From NCBI GenBank assembly GCA_964016885.1, contig OZ024743.1, positions 346,022,001 to 346,086,000 on the forward strand: DNA of 64,000 nucleotides, read 5' to 3'. The notes beneath the pieces were generated by a model. The model was given only the letters and a program-made list of their open reading frames with translations. It was not told the DNA's origin and did no database searches. Source of the DNA: Eledone cirrhosa (Eukaryota). This document shows, one piece after another, positions 57,861-64,000 of this stretch. Position 1 is the first letter of the stretch; each line of letters begins with the position of its first letter. A program made the position numbers and the translations under genes.

Positions 57861-58447
57861 TTAGTCCAAACTAAAGAGCTAGTCTATGCTTGGTGGTTCA
57901 ACCTGTTAGAAATAACAAGTAAATCTTCCTGAAATCACGACCCACCAAAGTTGAAAACAGACTCATTGGACATGGTGGTTCTGGTATATGTGCATATAGG
58001 AAAATGATTGGATGATCGTCATTATATGGTTGGCCTGTAGCTAAACCATGAGAGTATTACACCAATGATTAATATGATAACACCAGACTACATAATTAAT
58101 ACCAGATGAACTACTATGACTGCTAGTCCATACATACATCTGAGAATTAATCTCTCCTGCATTTAGACTTAGCCACTATTGAATCTCCCCCACTACTACT
58201 ACCACTACGACTACTACTACTATAACTACTACTACTACTACTACTTGATTTACCCCACAACTCACGAGAGTCTTTGATATCACTACCACATCTACTACGA
58301 CATTTGATACGACCACCAACACTACTAACACCACACATAACATCATTAACTCTACCACTGTCACTGCTATTGTCGTCTCACCAAAATACTTTCTCTACGA
58401 CTACTAAGGCAGCTACAACAATAAAACATAACAAAGGCAGCAACACA

Positions 58448-58560
58448 GAAGAAGAAGAAGAAGAAGAAGAAGAAGAAGAAGAAGAAGAAGAAGAAGAAGA
58501 AGAAGAAGAAGAAGAAGAAGAAGAAGAAGGAGGTGGAGGAGGAGGAGGTGGTAGTGGAAG
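58448..58560. repeat. (GAA)n/(GGA)n microsatellite
   Basis: Direct inspection. Confidence 0.95.
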
Positions 58561-58977
58561 TTGTGGTGGAGGTGAAGTGAAAGAGGAAGCCGAACAACTA
58601 CAACAAACACATTAGCTCCAAGAAAACACTTCAATAGCATACCGCCGCCTCACTGCTATCAGTATCATTAACGTTCTAATAAATGTTAATGCCACTAACA
58701 GCAAATACCTCTCAATGTTGCTCTACTGCACCATTCTTAGTGCAGACGTCTCTGCACTTCATTATCACCACACTGGCTTACACACCTACATACGAATACG
58801 CTCCTATATACCAAGACTGTAACACTAATATACAAACACATTCGCATAAACATTACACACATAGCTCGTGGAGATAACTATATAGTCGCCACCACTGAAC
58901 ACATGAGTCCTTTTTGTCTGCCCCTTATATATTTCTACCAACTTACCTGTCTATATATCTATATATATATATGTGTG

Positions 58978-59250
58978 TGAAGGCGAATGGCTTGGTGGTT
59001 AGAGCATTAGGTTTGCAATCGAAAGGTTGTGAGTTCAATTCTCGGACCGGCTGATGTGTTGTTTCTTTGAGCAAGACACTTTATTTTACGTTGCTCCAGT
59101 TTACTCAGCTGAAAATGAGAACCAGCAATAGCTGGAGGTTTAACCCTGAGATGGAATGGTGTCCTGTCCAGGGGGGAGTCTTGTACTCTCAGTCGCTTCA
59201 CGCCATGAAACCGGGATAAGCAACGGCCAAATGAGCCTTCTGGCTTAAGA
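58978..59250 (+). mobile_element. Full-length tRNA-derived SINE (Meta-like core)
   Basis: A box TGGCTTGGTGG, B box GAGTTCAATTC and core ttgagcaagacacttt..aaccctgagatgga..tccagggggg..gaaaccggg. Confidence 0.85.
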
Positions 59251-59270
59251 CAGACTTTAGACATTATATA

Positions 59271-59600
59271 TATATCGCATAAGAAACGGAGAATCAGTGG
59301 TGCGACGAAATAGAATTTACAACATATTATAATCGTTTCTCTGGTGACCAGCTCGAGGCACGATGGATACGATGATCGAACCTGACTCTGAAACCGCAAG
59401 TTCTGGTCAGGTTCGATTATCGCATCGATTGTGCCTCGAGCTGGTTGCCAGAGTAACGATTGTAATATGTCTAATAAGTTCTAATTCGTCGCACCACTGA
59501 TTCTCCGTTTCTTATGTGATATTATACTCTGCTCTGTAAGAGCATCGAGTGCTCAAACGGCCTACCGCATACGGACGCTTTAAGCATCCAATACCAAATA
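59271..59600. mobile_element. Older fold-back pLTR element with a hammerhead 3' half
   Basis: Arms 59271-59390 and 59401-59522. The arm consensus is ccaga-GAAA-cgattg-TA-atatgt. Several mismatches look like CpG decay. Confidence 0.8.
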
Positions 59601-59754
59601 TATGTATATATATATAATTATCAAAGAAAACCGAACACAAATATATACATATATGTGTTCAAATCGTAAGGGACCAGATTTGTGTGCGCTAATATTATAT
59701 ATAGCACACTGTTTAGTTTCTTAATATACTTAGAAGTGTCTAGGATACTAATTT

Positions 59755-59832
59755 ATCACCCACTGATGAGCATAAATTGGTAATTCTATTCACAATTCAT
59801 TTTGCGAAACAACATCATGTTGTCTGGGTGAT
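59755..59832 (+). ncRNA. Intact full-size type I hammerhead ribozyme (family Y element, 59620-60095)
   Basis: atcaccca-CTGATGA-gcataaattg..caattcattttgc-GAAA-caaca tca tgttg-TC-tgggtgat. Stem I is 8 bp, stem III is 5 bp and the site is GUC. Confidence 0.92.
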
Positions 59833-60319
59833 TGGCAGTTACCACAATTCCGGTTTATATTTATTTTCTTGATTTTTTCTTAAATTGAGACAAGCAAACC
59901 CTATTGTCTATAGTTAGTATTCTTTTCACCTTAGCGAATCCGGTCCCTTACGATTTGAACACATATATGTATATATCTGTGTTCGTTTTTCTTTTATATT
60001 CAATTATAATATACGGCTCGGAAATATCTCTTTCTTAGAGCTATTTTGTTGTAAGAGACTATTTTGAGTTCCTAACTCAATATATACCTTTCATATACAT
60101 AATTATGTGTATGTTTGTATGTTTATTGATCTGTCTATATACCCCTTACTGGTTCTCCATCTCTATCTAACACTCGTAATGCATATGTATATACGTGAAT
60201 GAGTGTGGGTGTTCCAATACACCGGCACACATACATATAGACAGTCAAACATACAAACACACACACACACACGCCCCCCCCACACACACATATATGTATA
60301 TATATATATGTGTGTGTGT

Positions 60320-60356
<37 letters not shown>

Positions 60357-60551
60357 TCTGTTTGTCTGTTTGTCGCTCTCTTTGTATCTGTCCTTCCCAT
60401 TTTCTTTCTCTCTCCCAATTTCTCACCCTCACTTTACACGCCCCCTCCCCCTGCTCCCTCTCTGACTCGTTTTTCTCCTCAACTCCTACAGAAGCAATTT
60501 TCCTCGATCTAGCAATATCCTTGAGGGACTCAATACCTTCTAAACAAAATC

Positions 60552-60709
60552 CATTGGCAGTATCTGTAGAGGGTCGGACGGCCCTTTTGGTCTGAGTTCG
60601 AATCCCGCCGAGGTTAACTTTGCCTTTCATCCTTACAGGGTAGATAAAATAAAGTACCAGTAATACACTGTGATAATTGCTGGCCTTGTGCCAAAAGTAG
60701 AAACAATTA
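60552..60709 (+). mobile_element. Nin/Deu-like tRNA SINE copy
   Basis: GAGTTCGAATCC followed by ttgcctttcatcctt..gataaaataaagtaccag. Confidence 0.85.
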
Positions 60710-60989
60710 TGGAGATATGCTGTTATTTTGATTTCGATTATTCTATCCAATTGACGACTGTTTTGTTGGATTTTTGTTTAGAGATTCTTTATGTTTTCTT
60801 TCTTTACCCTTGTTACTTTTTCACTTTTCCTCTTTTTCTTTCATCTCCATTACAGTACATCTAAAACTTCCACAATATTACTGTCGTTGTTGTTCTTGTA
60901 GAAAAATCCAATGCTCTGTTATAGTCATTATAATAAGACATATTATCAGTGTTTTATTGGTGCTGTTGGTGTTATAAGAGTAGTAGTAC

Positions 60990-61920
60990 CAAATTAAGTG
61001 CTCGGTTGTCGCAAGGCCACTAGGAAAAGGAAATTCGGCACATGATTTTCAAAGCATTAAACTCTGGTAGATTCCTGTCAGCTGAGGGACCTGGATATTT
61101 GGAAAGGAGTGGTACACCCAATTTTCTAAAAGAGAGAGTGCTACAAATAGAGAGGGACATCTACTGAAAAGTCGATGCTATGTATGTAGCAGAGAAATGA
61201 AAGGATAATGTCAAGTACAAGCTAGCTGACAAGCAGTGTGGTTTTCACCTCGGACGCTGCATAGTCGACCAAATATTCACACTGCCACAAAACTTTAAGA
61301 AATTGTATGAGTATGTGGTTTCGTAGACTTCGAAAAAGTATATGACCACGTTTCTCAGGGCTGTTGTGAAGGATTCAGGAGTATGTGATTGATGGTCTGT
61401 TTCATGTTTCCCTAATATCTCTATACAAATGCCCTAGTATTTGTATTCGGATAAATGGTGATATGTTGAAACCATGCAATGTATATGTCTGACTCCGCAA
61501 AATGAGCGAATTGTCAACTCTCCAGTTCCTAATCTTAATGGATTGATAGGCGCAGCCGCGTAGGAAATGGTATATAGACTGACGTGTTTAGAATCAACGG
61601 CTGGAATTTGTAAATGACATTTTACTACTTAACAAGTCAGAAGTTGATCTCCGACATGCATTTGATAGGTTTGCTGCCGAGTGCTGCACTGCAGAAATAA
61701 AAATTAATAAGTCTATCTTCAATTTGGTATTAGTGCGATGATCCACCTATGATCAGGAATAATGGGTATGGAACGACCGCGAGTACCTGGGGCTGACTCG
61801 TGCAAGATGGTTGGATAAACTGGAGATGGTTGCTTCGGACAGGAGCTGCCGAAAGGCAAGCTCGATGTTTCTTCCCATGAGACCCTCCCAGGAATAGGTC
61901 GGTGCAGAAAAAGGAACCAT
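60990..61920 (+). mobile_element. Decayed RTE LINE RT fragment
   Basis: KLADKQCGFHLGRCIVDQIFTL, VDFEKVYDHV. Confidence 0.8.
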
Positions 61921-61930
61921 TATTATTATT

Positions 61931-62110
61931 GGTGAATTGGCGGTATCGGTAGAGGGTCGGACATGCTTTCCAGCATAGTTACGTCCCTTTATGATCTGAG
62001 TTCAAATCCCGCCGAGGTTAACTTTGCCTTTCATCCTTACGAGGTCGATAAAATAAAGTACCAGTAATGTACTGGGTAATTGCTGGCCTTGTGCCAAAAG
62101 TAGAATTATT
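61931..62110 (+). mobile_element. Nin/Deu-like tRNA SINE copy
   Basis: TGGCGGTATCGG, GAGTTCAAATCC, the core and an (ATT)n tail. Confidence 0.88.
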
Positions 62111-62505
62111 ATTAAAAGATAGATTGCTCGACGATCATGATTAAACTGTTTCGATAAAAAATGTCTAATAGATCCAGATTTCGCATTTTGAAAAGGAAAA
62201 AGGATTAAGGTTGAGTGTTCGACATTTTATCCTATAATAACATTTACAATCTGACTAAGAGTATTAAGAGAAAAAGCGATCTTGATACTCCGAAATACAG
62301 AGATAACACACAATGGACGGAAGCGATAGCCAGGAATTAACGGTCGTCTCTGTGACTCCAAGAGACTGCGGCAACCAATACGTTGAAGAGCCGCAAATTA
62401 ATAACACCTAACCAGGATCATTCACTGGCATGCAGGTGATGAACATCGGCATCATGGTGTTGCTGTCGTATTACGTTGTGTGTGTATATATATATATATA
62501 TATAT

Positions 62506-62698
62506 AGGAACGAGTAGGACCCCGACGGCTGAGCTCAAGCCGTTTCGACGGCTAATTTAGTTCAGAATTAGCCGTCGAAACGGCTTGAGCTCAGCCGTCG
62601 GGGTCCTACTCGTTCCTATAACCCACTCTACTACCCTAAGTATTGAGTACTTTGGTGCGTTATGGTCCACCTGGTTCCTTACCACATTTCCTTCATTA
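62506..62698. mobile_element. Family W perfect fold-back element
   Basis: Arms 62503-62557 and 62566-62620 are identical. The sense arm reads GAAA-cggct tgagctc agccg-TC-ggggtc. Confidence 0.9.
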
Positions 62699-62798
62699 TA
62701 TATATATATATATATATATTATATTATATTTAGAGTTTAAACTCAAAGTCATTTACAATTAATCAGCTCAAAGAAAGAAGCATTTCCGAGCAGTGAAA

Positions 62799-63311
62799 TA
62801 CAAGTTAATATATATTAATATATGATAAACACATACGTGTTTGTATTGTAAGAGACAAAGTTGGCTAGAATGAAATAAACTAATTAAAATGAATACAATT
62901 TGTCTGTCTCGTATGGGATGGTTAGTATAGCTGATTATACCACGTGTGAATCAGTCCTGCAAAATTTTTGGAGGTGAAATGTACTAATTTTACTGGATTC
63001 CTCTTGATAAGCACAGAATATTTGAATATTTCACTTTGTATATTTCAATTTTTTTATATTTCAATTTTTATACCATTGTTGCGAAACATATTTAGGTTTC
63101 GAAGTTCAAATTCATCTACGGAGCAGGTTTGGATTTTGAAATTTAAATTTGTCCAGGAATCACGGCTTTTGCCAATATAAGCTTGTCTTTATTGACTTAT
63201 ATCGAGACAGATAAATTGTATTCATTTTAATTAGTTTATTTCATTCTAGCTAACTTTGTCTCTTACAATACAAACACGTATGTGTTTATCATATATTAAT
63301 ATATATTAACT

Positions 63312-63316
<5 letters not shown>
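62799..63316. mobile_element. Element with ~113-bp inverted arms and a ~290-bp spacer, abutting (TA)n
   Basis: 62799-62911 is the reverse complement of 63202-63316 with about 2 mismatches. Confidence 0.85.
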
Positions 63317-63350
<34 letters not shown>

Positions 63351-63562
63351 GAAGTTAATATGTCCAAGGGTACTAAGTACCCCTAGAAATACAAAGATTG
63401 TCTATGATTCAAGGTTGTTCAATGGTATTAATTTGACATACCAGAACTATAATATTAAGATAAGCAGAACATCAGTAAGGGCCATTAGAAGAGGTAAATA
63501 TTTATGTTATATTTTTTAATTTATTAAAAAAAATTGGTTAAATTTTGCTTGTTCTGCTTATC

Positions 63563-63650
<88 letters not shown>

Positions 63651-63819
63651 AAAGAATAGAGGTGTAACACGCAAGTTATTATATATTGGTAAACGGAATA
63701 GAAAATGCTGACAAATTGTTCACAGTTGAAAAATGGTTTAATTAGTAATAAAAGAGTATTAGTGATTGTATGGGTTAGTATTCAGTTGTGGTTTTAAGTT
63801 TTTAAGTTTTTACCGGTTG

Positions 63820-64000
63820 CGCATTTCTAAATGCTTTTCAAAAATAATTTTGAGATAGAGTGTCCGTGCTGTTTGCTCTGATCTGATTAGTTTTGGGAAT
63901 TCTACCTGTTTTTGGTAGAATTCCCAAAACTAATCAGATCAGAGCAAACAGCACGGACACTCTATCTCAAAATTATTTTTGAAAAGCATTTAGAAATGCG
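63820..64000. repeat. Perfect hairpin with arms of at least 87 bp and a 7-nt loop, running off the window end
   Basis: 63820-63906 is the exact reverse complement of 63914-64000. Confidence 0.95.

Noticed and set aside
58978-59050. tRNA gene
   Set aside because: It has A/B boxes but no full cloverleaf and continues into a SINE body.
62960-63200. YIGKS on the minus strand as a GIY-YIG remnant in the inverted-arm element
   Set aside because: A single short motif with no other conserved residues.

Overview
Repeat-saturated, AT-rich animal genomic DNA. The SINE and LINE content resembles octopod cephalopods (inference). I found no convincing host exon, and almost all listed ORFs are translations of (TA)n/(CA)n/(GA)n microsatellites. 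The recognisable content is: two decayed Penelope-like retroelements (RT plus C-terminal GIY-YIG, Naiad-like), RTE, CRE and Tx1-like LINE relics, two tRNA-derived SINE families and a 200-N gap. The main signal is a dense population of short elements inserted in (TA)n tracts. They carry type I hammerhead ribozyme (HHR) motifs: about 20 complete or degenerate motifs plus about 10 half-motifs, from more than 10 sequence families. They occur as fold-back palindromes or as 1.2-1.5-mer partial tandems of 320-615 bp monomers (retrozyme-like). Truncation and fold-back points repeatedly fall inside the ribozyme, mostly in stem II. Several families share a covarying 3' hairpin. All structures were read by eye and none was tested computationally or biochemically.
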